A stretch of DNA of 64,000 bases from Ylistrum balloti (taxonomy: Eukaryota), in contig NW_026782069.1 in assembly GCF_031769215.1 (NCBI RefSeq), forward strand, positions 62,001 through 126,000, written 5' to 3'. Below the pieces are notes generated by a model. The model saw nothing but the letters and a program-made list of their open reading frames with translations. It searched no databases and had not been told where the DNA came from. Below are positions 1 through 11,575 of this stretch, in pieces. Both the position numbers and the translations under genes were made by a program. The stretch's first letter is position 1, and each line of letters starts with the position of its first letter.

Positions 1-1070
1 GAGGTGAGGGGCTGGGTGTATGTCGACATGAAGTATCTTTATCAGTGAGGTGATGGGCTGTGTATGTCGATATGAACTATCTTTATCAGGGAGGTGAGGG
101 ACTGGGTGTATGTCGACATGAAGTATCTTTATCAAGGAGATGATGGGCTGTGTATGTCGATATGAACTATCTTTATCAGGCAGGTGACGGGCTGGGTGTA
201 TGTCGACATGAAGTATCTTTATCAAGGAGACGATGGGCTGTGTATGTCGATATGAACTATCTTTATCAGGCAGGTGACGGGCTGGGTGTATGTCGACATG
301 AACTATCTTTATCAGGGAGGTGACGGGCTGGGTGTATGTCGACATCGATCTTTATCATGAGGTGATCTTGTATCGATATGAACTATCTTTATCAGGGAGG
401 TGAGGTGACGGGTATCTTTATCAAGGAGATGATGGGCTGTGTATGTCGACATGAATCTTTATCAGGGAGGTCTTTATCAGGCAGGTGACGGGCTGGGTGT
501 ATGTCGACATGAAGTATCTTTATCAAGGAGACGATGGGCTGTGTATGTCGATATGAACTATCTTTATCAGGCAGGTGACGGGCTGGGTGTATGTCGATAT
601 GAACTATCTTTATCAGGGAGGTGAGGGACTGGGTGTATGTCGACATGAAGTATCTTTATCAGTGAGGTGATGGGCTGTGTATGTCGATATGAACTATCTT
701 TATCAGGGAGGTGACGGGCTGGGTGTATGTCGACATGAAGTATCTTTATCAGTGAAGTAATGGGCTGTGTATGTCGATATGAACTATCTTTATCAGGGAG
801 GTGACGGGCTGGGTGTATGTCGACATGAACTATCTTTATCAGGGAGGTGACGGGCTGGGTGTATGTGGACATGAACTATCTTTATCAGGGAGGTGACGGG
901 CTGGGTGTATGTCGACATGAACTATCTTTATCAGGGAGGTGACGGGCTGGGTGTATGTCGACATGAACTATCTTTATCAGGGAGGTGACGGGCTGGGTGT
1001 ATGTCGACATGAACTATCTTTATCAGTGAGGTGATGGGCTGTGTATGTCTATCTTTATCACTGGGTGGGA
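1..1070. repeat. Minisatellite with 46-bp and 44-bp monomers, largely a 90-bp dimer (runs off window start)
   Basis: Type A gaggtgacgggctgggtgtatgtcgacatgaagtatctttatcaag (46 bp) alternates with type B gagatgatgggctgtgtatgtcgatatgaactatctttatcagg (44 bp). A homogeneous 46-bp run occupies ~797-1026. Confidence 0.97.
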
Positions 1071-1687
1071 GGTATCTTTATGATGAGCTGTATGTGTATA
1101 AAAGGTTTGTAGATAAAAACAGTTAAAGAGATCAATTTTATGATGTGAGGTAGAAAGAAATAAATGGTTATTGAGTTAAAGTCGAAACGACTTCCGGGAA
1201 TCCTACATTAATTCTAATGGAGGAGAGCTTTATGGCATAGAATTTCCTCCCCTAGGGTATTTGAATATTTTATGAAATCTTAATGAGTAAATTTGATGAG
1301 AGAGATTCGTGTTAAGACATGGCGATCTCCCACGGATTGTCTCCTCAATAGCTCAACATTGGTGTTTCCTCCCTATGGGAGAGATGGAGTGCTATTGTGC
1401 TACCGTCAACACTGTCTCTCTTTCTCCTCCTCATCATTTGTCTTGTACACGATACAGTTACAGAATTTATCGGGTGCGAATGCGGGTCAAAGTTGAATAT
1501 TCATCAAACAGGGAAAGGTCAAGGTCATTGTGACCATGAACGCTTTGTGAAATCTGCAAAAGTCTTCCATAGTACACTGATTTACGTTTAAAATCTCTCT
1601 GTCATAATTATTGTCACAACTGATAAAAAGGACAGAAAAGTGAATAAATTGCAGGCTCACCCAAATCCTTTGTTTAGGAAAACATAC

Positions 1688-3159
1688 CTCCACTAGGAAG
1701 AGAAACCGTCTCTCACAATAACCAATTTCGGAGTTTTAGAATATCATGATACTCGCTAAAATGAAAAGATAAGCAATAGATAAACGAATATATATATATC
1801 TATATATATATTGTAAAAGCTTGTTATAAATACCAACATTACAGTTTATTAAATATCCAACCTCAAATTCAATAAAACTAAGGCAAATCATTAACAACAG
1901 AAAAGTTTGCATAGAGACTCATGAAAAAGCTAGCGTCTTCTGCTTCATCGACAACGACCACTAATTAAATTTTGGTCGATCCAAATAAATAAGATCCCGA
2001 TTTCAAATACTAACAGGCATCAAACACATCCAGGTTCATATCGCACAAATAATATTTCTCAATGAGATCATTATGACGACCATAAAATTTCCCTATAATT
2101 TTTATCAACCCGAATCTTTCAAAACCCTGAGTTTGTCCGTCAGTTGACGATACGTAACACGGAAATCGTGATATTGGGAACAGGCCCTTGAATATAGAAT
2201 CAATTGCAACATGTAAAAATGCTAACGTTGGAAATGCAGTATTGCTGTTATCCAGAAATAGAAAATTCACTAAAAGGAAATTTAGATCATCACTCTTGTT
2301 ATACAGCTTGTTAGGAAGCTGTCCATGTTGGTTTCGCTGTAGGGAAAGATCGAGAGATAAGCAGTTGATGTCTGTTGTGTTTTCGATTGTCTAACTCTGG
2401 TGGATATATGCGAAGGGCGTGGTCTTTACTATACATGAATTTTTGTACCGCCGTTCATCTTTCTCTGTTGGAAAAGAAACCCCTCACTGCAAGGCAACGA
2501 AGGCAATCTTTCAGTGAGAGTTAGGTGTGGTGGTGTACAGAATGGAAAAGTCAAATGTTCTTATATAAAAAATACTTTTAAAAGGAGGTGTTGAAGATTG
2601 GTCCAGAGCTCTTTGGGGTTCTTTGAAATCCACCTACATGTACTGTTAATTCAATTTTTTGATTACGAAGTGTCACAGTAATAGTGTAAACAAGATTTTA
2701 TATAAATCACTCTTCATAAACATTGTACATATATTCTGAAAGAGTTAAAGCAAAAAAAAAAAAAAAAAAAGACAAAAAAAGTACTGAATAAAAAACTCAA
2801 AACGCGGTTTAGAATGATTAGTCTTCGTTATCAGGGATGTAGGAACGCAGAGATCATTTATTAATATTGGAATATATCTACGTCAAAGTCGTGTACGTCA
2901 ATGCCTCGAAATACTTAGCTGGAAAAATGTGTGATTAAAGTTACGATAAATGCTATCCAGCGCAATATAATATTTGCATACAAAGATCTGTCATTTACTA
3001 CAACCAAAAATACCTTATACCAGTTCTAAATTTGCGACTGGTGCGACCATATTGTGACGTCACAATGCTATTGCCAGACATTCCGCGTTTCCGGTGTTCC
3101 TATTAAGGGATTTACTTCATCGTATAAGGCGAGGTTTTTCGCTCGCTATAATCAGCCAT
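1688..3159 (-). CDS. Candidate short multi-exon gene, product unknown (exon candidates 3159-3116, 2633-2576, 2464-2435 or 2464-2449, 1755-1688)
   Basis: AAG-ATG-GCT start context at 3159; donor GTAAAT after 44 nt; 58-nt exon with TAG acceptor and GTATTT donor. Spliced reading: MADYSERKTSPYTMKWISKNPKELWTNLQHLLLK. Strong acceptors ttttccaacag (2465) and cttttcattttag (1756); donor GTATGT (1687). Downstream phase is ambiguous and no family is recognised. Confidence 0.3.
1915..2410 (-). mobile_element. 5'-truncated, frameshifted Penelope-like retroelement (C-terminal part of RT plus 3' terminal region)
   Basis: With frameshifts the minus strand reads IYPPEL / IENTTDINCLSLDLSLQRNQHGQLPNKLYNKSDDLNFLLVNFLFLDNSN / QLILYSRACSQYHDFRVTYRQLTDKL / QGFERFGLIKIIGKFYGRHNDLIEKY. 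This matches, from memory, the abundant marine-invertebrate RT family motif IYPxELEIKDTT...LYDKRDDFNFxIVNFPF...QLIRYSRAC...KFYGRHxDL. The catalytic YxDD region is missing. Clade assignment is inference. Confidence 0.85.
3051..3095. promoter_or_regulatory. CpG-rich motif cluster: CRE-containing 16-bp perfect palindrome plus ETS-like TTCCGG
   Basis: ATTGTGACGTCACAAT (3051-3066) is a perfect palindrome containing TGACGTCA. ttccgcgtttccggtg follows within 30 bp. An AAGATGGC (YY1-like) motif lies on the minus strand at ~3155-3162. Function is inferred. Confidence 0.4.
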
Positions 3160-3474
3160 CTTATTAATTTTGTTCAACATGTTGTAGGAAATGTAATTAT
3201 AAATAATAAAATATGGTCTTAATATAATTATCCTCGATATAATTGTATCTAACAAGTGATTAGCCAGTAGATCACTGACAATCAAATTGGCTAGAATTAC
3301 ATTAGGAAATCTCCACTTTTCAAAGCAGTTGATGTTTTATATAAAGTAGTTCACGGTCAGTTGTACAGATACATCGATACAATGTTTGATATGTATTGCT
3401 AAAGGCTTTACCATCACGCTGATATAGACATGTCAAGATCCACGACCGGTGAAACTTTACTGCTGAACTAAAAG

Positions 3475-3635
3475 TGCTGTTTTTCTCAGTTCAATAATGA
3501 CCTCTTTTTCTTCTTTCGTGAAACGTTGGTTTTGTATATAAAAAAAGTTTGCTGCTGTAACATAAAACACAGTGTGTCGACAGTGGTGTTTTTCTCAGTT
3601 CAATAATGACCTCTTTTTCTTCTCTCGTGAAACGG
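3475..3635. repeat. ~50-bp direct duplication
   Basis: gtttttctcagttcaataatgacctctttttcttct(t/c)tcgtgaaacg occurs at ~3479 and ~3587. Confidence 0.85.
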
Positions 3636-4784
3636 TTTTATATCCCCAGGATACATTTCCGATGTTACTTGTTGGTGTTTCGAGAATTCAGTTCGTGGTA
3701 GATGTGGAGCACGTGGTGGCAAGCTATATCTAGTTGTATTGTTTATTTATATCAACAGTCCATGTATGTTAATTGGACAGCCATATCATAATTTATTACA
3801 GCGTATGTATAACCATAAGCCCTAGTTGCTCAAAATTTGTTAACCGGTGGTAAGTTATTTTTTTTCAAATACGAATTTAACAAAATAAGGAACATTCTGT
3901 ATACTTTCACAGCTGTAGAATTTGAGTGTGAATATCTTTTCTTCTCAGTGGCAACAATTTACTTTTTGCTCTTACAACATGTTAATTCTAACCAAGCGTT
4001 GAGTAATCGGGCACTGTTATTTCATTTTAAGTAATTTTCCTGAAGAATCCCAAACAATAGAATCATGTCTTGTGCATTCTGTTTTTGATATTACGGTCTT
4101 CAGCTGAAAACTCAGTTCTTTTAAAGAAATATACTATTCGAGGTATATTTTTATTATTTTGATATATACAGACTTTTGTGTGGAAATCTTTATCTCGCGT
4201 ACACATAGTTGGAGACCGTTTCTAATGATAGGTTATGCACGCCCCCTATCACACTGTAATCCTACAACATGTCAGATTTTTTCATTAAAGTAAAACATTT
4301 ATCTAATTGACATGCCTTTAAGTAAACACCAAGTACCTGCTGAATCCATGCGAATGATTTCTAATGCTTTCCAGGTTATCATAGATTTTCCCTTCCTACA
4401 CTTAACATTGCTGTCATCAGGGGGACACGTCGGACACTACAGAATTACTCATGGTTTAGGATCAATACTGATTCATCCGTCGTGTAAACAGCTGATTTAG
4501 GAATCACACAAACCCAATAAGATCCTGATTTTCATCACTTTAAGGCAGTTAATCGCACTAAATTATGTTCATGATGTTCGGAGAAATGGTGAGCAAGAAA
4601 CCGGAACATTGGTGTTCGGTGCCTTTGACCTTTGATTTGGTGACTAATTGGCTTCATTCGTTTTCGTTCTTTTCGATTCGGTGACAGTTTGGCTCCAGTC
4701 GCTGGTTTTGATGATTTCTTCGCTCCAGTCGCTGGTTTTGTGATTTCTTCGCTCTTCGCTCCATTCGATGGTTTTGATGGATAA

Positions 4785-5500
4785 TTAGCTCCAGTCGTGG
4801 TCCTGACCTTTGGTTGTCTTTATTGATTCGCTCCAGTGATTACTAGGCTCCAGTCATTGTCCTAACCTTTGGTTGTCTTTATTGATTCGCTCCAGTGATT
4901 ACTTGGCTCCAGTCGTGGTCATGACCTTTGGTTGTCTTTATTGATTCGCTCCAGTGATTACTTGGCTCCAGTCGTTGTCCTGACCTTTGGTTTTCTTTAT
5001 AGCTTCGCTCCAGTGATTACTTGGTTCCAGTCGTTATTCTGACCTTTGGTTTTGTTTATTTCTTCGCTCCAGTGATTACTTGGCACCAGTCGTTGTCCTG
5101 ACCTTTGGTTGTCTTTATTGATTCGCTCCAGTGATTACTTGGCTCCAGTCATTGATTCGCTCCAGTGATAACTTGGTTCCAGTCATTCTCCTGACCTTTG
5201 GTTGTCTTTATAGCTTCGCTCCAGTGATTACTTGGCACCAGTCTTTGTCCTGACATTTGGTTGTCTTTATTGATTCGCTCCAGTGATTACTTGGCTCCAG
5301 TCATTGATTCGCTCCAGTGATTACTTGGCTCCAGTCATTGATTCGCTCCAGTGATAACTTGGTTCCAGTCGTTCTCCTGACCTTTGGTTGTCTTTATAGC
5401 TTCGCTCCAGTGATTACTTGGCACCAGTCTTTGTCCTGACATTTGGTTGTCTTTATTGATTCGCTCCAGTGATTTCTTGGCTCCAGTCGTTGTCCAGACC
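4785..5500. repeat. 59-bp minisatellite with short internal sub-repeats
   Basis: Monomer ttggctccagtcgttgtcctgacctttggttgtctttattgattcgctccagtgattac, roughly 11-12 copies, with deletion derivatives (gctccagtcattgattcgctccagtg). Confidence 0.93.
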
Positions 5501-5804
5501 TTTGTTTGCGGTGACTCATCGGTTCCAATCATTGTCTTGACCTTTTGATGCAGTGACTCATTGGCTCCAAACGTTGTCTTAATCTTTGCTTGTGGTAGTT
5601 CAATGACTCTCATTTGCTCCTGTTCTTGTCATGGCTTTTTTTTCTCTAAATTTCGTTTGTTGTAGTCTTCTATTTATTTTGTAATTCTTTTATTCATCTT
5701 GTGTTGTTTTCTTCCACTTTCTACTGATATCCCTTTACAAGGTTCGGCCAATTATTTGTTTACTGGTGGATCTTTCTATTTTGCCAGAATATTTTCTTAC
5801 TTCC

Positions 5805-8800
5805 AATTCCCATACCTTCCTGTTACACTAAAACGTACTATAAAGACGTACCAACAACAGGATGATTCATTCCCATACCTTCCTGTTACACTAAAACGTA
5901 CTATAAAGACGTACCAACAATAGGATGATTCATTCCCATACCTTCCTGTTACACTAAAACGTACTATAAAGACGTACCAACAACAGGATGATTCATTCCC
6001 ATACCTTCCTGTTACACTAAAACGTACTATAAAGACGTACCAACAATAGGATGATTCATTCCCATACCTTCCTGTTACACTAAACGTACGTACCAACAAC
6101 AGGATATTAATACCTTCCTGACGTACCAACAACAATAGGATGATTCATTCCCATACCTTCCTGTTACACTAAAACGTACTATAAAGACGTACCAACAATA
6201 GGATGATTCATTCCCATAACTTCCTGTTACATACACTAAAACGTACTATAAAGATGTACCAACAACAGGATGATTCATTCCCATACCTTCCTGTTACACT
6301 AAAACGTACTATAAAGATGTACCAACAACAGGATGATTCATTCCCATACCTTCCTGTTACATACACTAAAACGTACTATAAAGACGTACCAACAACAGGA
6401 TGATTCATTCCCATACCTTCCTGATTCATTCCCATACACTAAAACGTACTATAAAGATGTACCAACAATAGGATGATTCATTCCCATACCTTCCTGTTAC
6501 ACTAAAACGTACTATAAAGACGTACCAACAATAGGATGATTCATTCCCATACCTTCCTGTTACATACACTAAAACGTACTATAAAGACGTACCAACAATA
6601 GGATGATTCATTCCCATACCTTCCTGTTACATACACTAAAACGTACTATAAAGACGTACCAACAACAGGATGATTCATTCCCATACCTTCCTGTTACATA
6701 CACTAAAACGTACTATAAAGATGTACCAACAACAGGATGATTCATTCCCATACCTTCCTGTTACACTAAAACGTACTATAAAGAACATTCCCATACCTTC
6801 CTGTTTACACTAAAACGTATATACCAACAACAGGATGATTCCCATACCTTCCTGTTACACTAAAACGTACTATAAAGATGTACCAACAACAGGATGATTC
6901 ATTCCCATACCTTCCTGTTACATACACTAAAACGTACTATAAAGATGTACCAACAACAGGATGATTCATTCCCATACCTTCCTGTTACATACACTAAAAC
7001 GTACTATAAAGACGTACCAACAACAGGATGATTCATTCCCATACCTTCCTGTTACATACACTAAAACGTACTATAAAGATGTACCAACAACAGGATGATT
7101 CATTCCCATACCTTCCTGTTACATACACTAAAACGTACTATAAAGACGTACCAACAATAGGATGATTCATTCCCATACCTTCCTGTTACACTAAAACGTA
7201 CTATAAAGACGTACCAACAACAGGATGATTCATTCCCATACCTTCCTGTTACATACACTAAAACGTACTATAAAGATGTACCAACAACAGGATGATTCAT
7301 TCCCATACCTTCCTGTTACATACACTAAAACGTACTATAAAGATGTACCAACAATAGGATGATTCATTCCCATACCTTCCTGTTACATACACTAAAACGT
7401 ACTATAAAGACGTACCAACAACAGGATGATTCATTCCCATACCTTCCTGTTACATACACTAAAACGTACTATAAAGACGTACCAACAACAGGATGATTCA
7501 TTCCCATACCTTCCTGTTACATACACTAAAACGTACTATAAAGACGTACCAACAACAGGATGATTCATTCCCATATACACCTTCCTGTTACCTTCCTGTT
7601 ACACACACTAAAACGTACTATAAAGATGTACCAACAATAGGATGATTCATTCCCATACCTTCCTGTTACATACACTAAAACGTACTATAAAGATGTACCA
7701 ACAATAGGATGATTCATTCCCATACCTTCCTGTTACACTAAAACGCTAAAACGTACTACAAAAGATTCATTCCCATACCTTCCTGTTACATATACTAAAA
7801 CGTACTATAAAGACATACCAACAACAGGATTCATTCCCATACCTTCCTGTTACACTAAAACGTACTATAAAGATGTACCAACAATAGGATGATTCATTCC
7901 CATACCTTCCTGTTACATACACTAAAACGTACTATAAAGACGTACCAACAATAGGATGATTCATTCCCATACCTTCCTGTTACATACACTAAAACGTACT
8001 ATAAAGATGTAACAACAAAAGGATGATTCATTCCCATACCTTCCTGTTACATACACTAAAACGTACTATAAAGACGTACCAACAATAGGATGATTCATTC
8101 CCATACCTTCCTGTTACATACACTAAAACGTACTATAAAGACGTACCAACAACAGGATGATTCATTCCCATACCTTCCTGTTACACTAAAACGTACTATA
8201 AAGATGTACCAACAATAGGATGATTCATTCCCATACCTTCCTGTTACACTAAAACGTACTATAAAGATGTACCAACAATAGGATGATTCATTCCCATACC
8301 TTCCTGTTACACTAAAACGTACTATAAAGACGTACCAACAATAGGATGATTCATTCCCATACCTTCCTGTTACATACACTAAAACGTACTATAAAGATGT
8401 ACCAACAATAGGATGATTCATTCCCATACCTTCCTGTTACACTAAAACGTACTATAAAGATGTACCAACAATAGGATGATTCATTCCCATACCTTCCTGT
8501 TACATACACTAAAACGTACTATAAAGACGTACCAACAATAGGATGATTCATTCCCATACCTTCCTGTTACACTAAAACGTACTATAAAGACGTACCAACA
8601 ATAGGATGATTCATTCCCATACCTTCCTGTTACACTAAAACGTACTATAAAGACGTACCAACAATAGGATGATTCATTCCCATACCTTCCTGATATAAAG
8701 ATTACCAACATACATTCCTACCTTCCTGTTACACTAAAACGTACTATAAAGACGTACCAACAATAGGATGATTCATTCCCATACCTTCCTGTTACACTAA

Positions 8801-9523
8801 AACACTATAAAGACGTACCAACAATAGGATGATTCATTCCCATACCTTCCTGTTACACTAAAACGTACTATAAAGACGTACCAACAATAGGATGATTCAT
8901 TCCCATACCTTCCTGTTACACTAAAACGTACTATAAAGACGTACCAACAATAGGATGATTCATTCCCATACCTTCCTGTTACACTAAAACGTACTATAAA
9001 GACGTACCAACAATAGGATGATTCATTCCCATACCTTCCTGTTACACTAAAACGTACTATAAAGACGTACACTAAAACGTACTATAAAGACGTACCAACA
9101 ATAGGATGATTCATTCCCATACCTTCCTGTTACATACACTAAAACGTACTATAAAGACGTACCAACAATAGGATGATTCATTCCCATACCTTCCTGTTAC
9201 ATACATACACTAAAACGTACTATAAAGACGTACCAACAACAGGATGATTCATTCCCATACCTTCCTGTTACATACACTAAAACGTACTATAAAGACGTAC
9301 CAACAATAGGATGATTCATTCCCATACCTTCCTGTTACATACACTAAAACGTACTATAAAGACGTACCAACAATAGGATGATTCATTCCCATACCTTCCT
9401 GTTACATACACTAAAACGTACTATAAAGACGTACCAACAATAGGATGATTCATTCCCATACCTTCCTGTTACATACACTAAAACGTACTATAAAGACGTA
9501 CCAACAATAGGATGATTCATTCA
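5805..9523. repeat. 63/67-bp minisatellite, ~55 copies
   Basis: Monomer ttcccataccttcctgttac[atac]actaaaacgtactataaaga(c/t)gtaccaacaa(c/t)aggatgattca. The optional 4-bp atac gives two length classes. Confidence 0.98.
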
Positions 9524-10499
9524 CATTTCATATTATTGTTGACTGCTTTGTTTTGACTTTTCGTGTTGCCTTCCGTTTTATTTCGGTAACGGATTATCCA
9601 CCTCCTTGTTTTATAGAATCGGTATATTGTTTGTATTTCATTGTTGACTTTTATGTGACTATGGCAATGATTTGGCAGCCTCTTTTTTTTCCTAAATAAT
9701 TATCGGCCATCGCACACATTTACCGTAAGATCCTCTTAATATGCTGAGCAAATGATCATTTTTAGTATGAGATTTATACATATCGAACATGACATATATC
9801 TACCGTACATGTGATTTACCTGTACAGATAATTTACAGACTGGTCTACGTCGTTTAAAGAAAATTCACAATACACATCCTTTTGAATATTCCTTCAGATT
9901 TAACAAATGTTTCAAAGCAATTATTAACCGTGAAGGTTTGAATCAAACCTGCAGCGGACAATTTGAAAATCTCCTTCAAATAGAAAAAAAATAGAAAAAT
10001 TCAATTTAAAGTAGATTACACCGAGAAACTTCTGTGTTCCAGTTAAAGGAAGTCAGTGGAACTCTTCAGTATCAATAAACATTCATGTTTCCCGGGGAGG
10101 AGATTACCTACTCGTCATTGAAGCTAAATCCTTCTGGAATTTGTCATATACATCTTTTGATGGTTGTCAATATGTTAATATGACGCACGTGCTGGAGATT
10201 AAAAATGCATCAGAATGAAAGACGCTTGTTTTCAACTTCATTGATTTCTCACTACTTCAAAGGTCAGTCCGTGTCACACCACTCCGTCCTGTTCATTTAC
10301 CCGTGTCCTTGTTAGTTTCATTCAACTACGTTTCTAATAAATCATTGCTAGAAAACATGGACATAACCGTACACGTTTAAACACGCTTATATTTATAACT
10401 ATTATATTTTTTTTGTAAACGATTACAATTTTTTTTGAAGATTTCAATCTACTTGAATGACGTATGCTTAATCGCGATCTGTCCGTCACATTTAAAACC

Positions 10500-10575
10500 T
10501 GGTCGACTGTAGGAGACGACTCAGCGCAACACGCCCAGGAATGTCACCTAAAATGTATGCGCACGTGCGTACTTC
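10500..10575. promoter_or_regulatory. CpG-rich promoter-like patch with E-box palindrome
   Basis: CGCACGTGCG (10560-10569) is a perfect palindrome with a CACGTG core, preceded by acacgccc, in locally CpG-rich sequence. Function is inferred only. Confidence 0.25.
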
Positions 10576-10764
10576 ACTGTATGACACATACCATGTATAG
10601 ACTCGTTAAATAACGATACTGAAACCAAAAGGTAACATAATATAATCATGCCGAGTAATATGATCAAGTTATAGATTCTAAAGGTAGATAGAAAACATTG
10701 TTTTACGGCGTACTGGCTTCTGTTTTCCGGGAGATGTAACACACATCAAATCTAATGTACTTCC

Positions 10765-11575
10765 GATGTCAACATCACATATCCAGCGTCAAAATGACAC
10801 TTCTGATGTCAATATCACACTTCTAATGTCAAATGCATACAGCCGGTCTCAATAACACACATCCAGCGTCAAAATGTCAATAACACATTTCCAATGTCAA
10901 TATCTCACTGTCAATGTCAATATCACACTTCCAATGTCAATATCACACTTCCAATGTCAATTTCTCACTTCCAATGTCAATGTCACACTTCTAATGTCAA
11001 TGTCGCACTTCCAATGTCAATGTCACATTTCCAATGTTATTATCACACTTCCAATGTCAATATCACACTTCCAATGTCAATGTCACACTTCCAATGTCAA
11101 TTTCTCACTTCCAATGTCAATATCACACTTCAAATATCAATGTCACACTTCCAATGTCGTTTTCTCACTGTCAATGTCAATATCACACTTCCAATGTCAA
11201 CAACACATTTCCAATGTCAATATTTCACTGTCAATGTCAATATCACACTTCCAATGTCTATGTCACACTTCCAATATCAATGTCACACTTCCAATATCAA
11301 TGTAACACTTCCAATGTCAATGTCACACTTCCAATGTTAATGTCACACTGCTTATGTCAGTGTCACACTTCCAATGTCAATATCACACTTCCAATGTCAA
11401 TATCACACTTCCAATGTCATTATCACACTTCCAATGTTAATATCTCACTGTCAATGTCTATGTCACACTTCCAATGTTAATATCACACTTCCAATGTCAA
11501 TATCACACTTCCTTTGTCAGTATCAAACTTCCGATTTCAACATTCATTTTTATAGATTTCGTTTGGATATCACAC
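10765..11575. repeat. 20-bp minisatellite with eroded edges
   Basis: Monomer aat(a/g)tcacacttccaatgtc, ~35-40 copies; progressively more diverged at 10765-10870 and after 11500. Confidence 0.96.

Noticed and set aside
1397-1591. 64-aa ORF with a signal-peptide-like N-terminus (MLPSTLSLFLLLIICLV)
   Set aside because: TTG start; the hydrophobicity comes from a CT-rich tract; no supporting splice structure or recognisable domain.
1688-1755. In-frame TGA (NWLL*ETVSLPSG) as possible selenocysteine
   Set aside because: No convincing SECIS downstream, no redox motif, and the frame closes soon after in the next candidate exon.
2576-3159. Superficial phospholamban/sarcolipin resemblance (RKTS...M, NPKELWTN)
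   Set aside because: No adequate transmembrane helix follows (Q, H, K interrupt it); the similarity is too short to be meaningful.
3650-4490. Phase-compatible plus-strand exon candidates (~3650-3770, ~3826-3849, from ~4372)
   Set aside because: The joined peptide is not recognisable, competing open frames exist on the minus strand, and no start exon was found; indistinguishable from chance.
5797-9072. FSVTGRYGNESSYCWYVFIVR repeat ORFs
   Set aside because: The 63-bp monomer is interspersed with 67-bp variants that break the frame.
10874-11480. His/Cys-rich ORFs (MSISHFQCQ repeats) resembling metal-binding proteins
   Set aside because: 20-bp monomer, open in all three frames.
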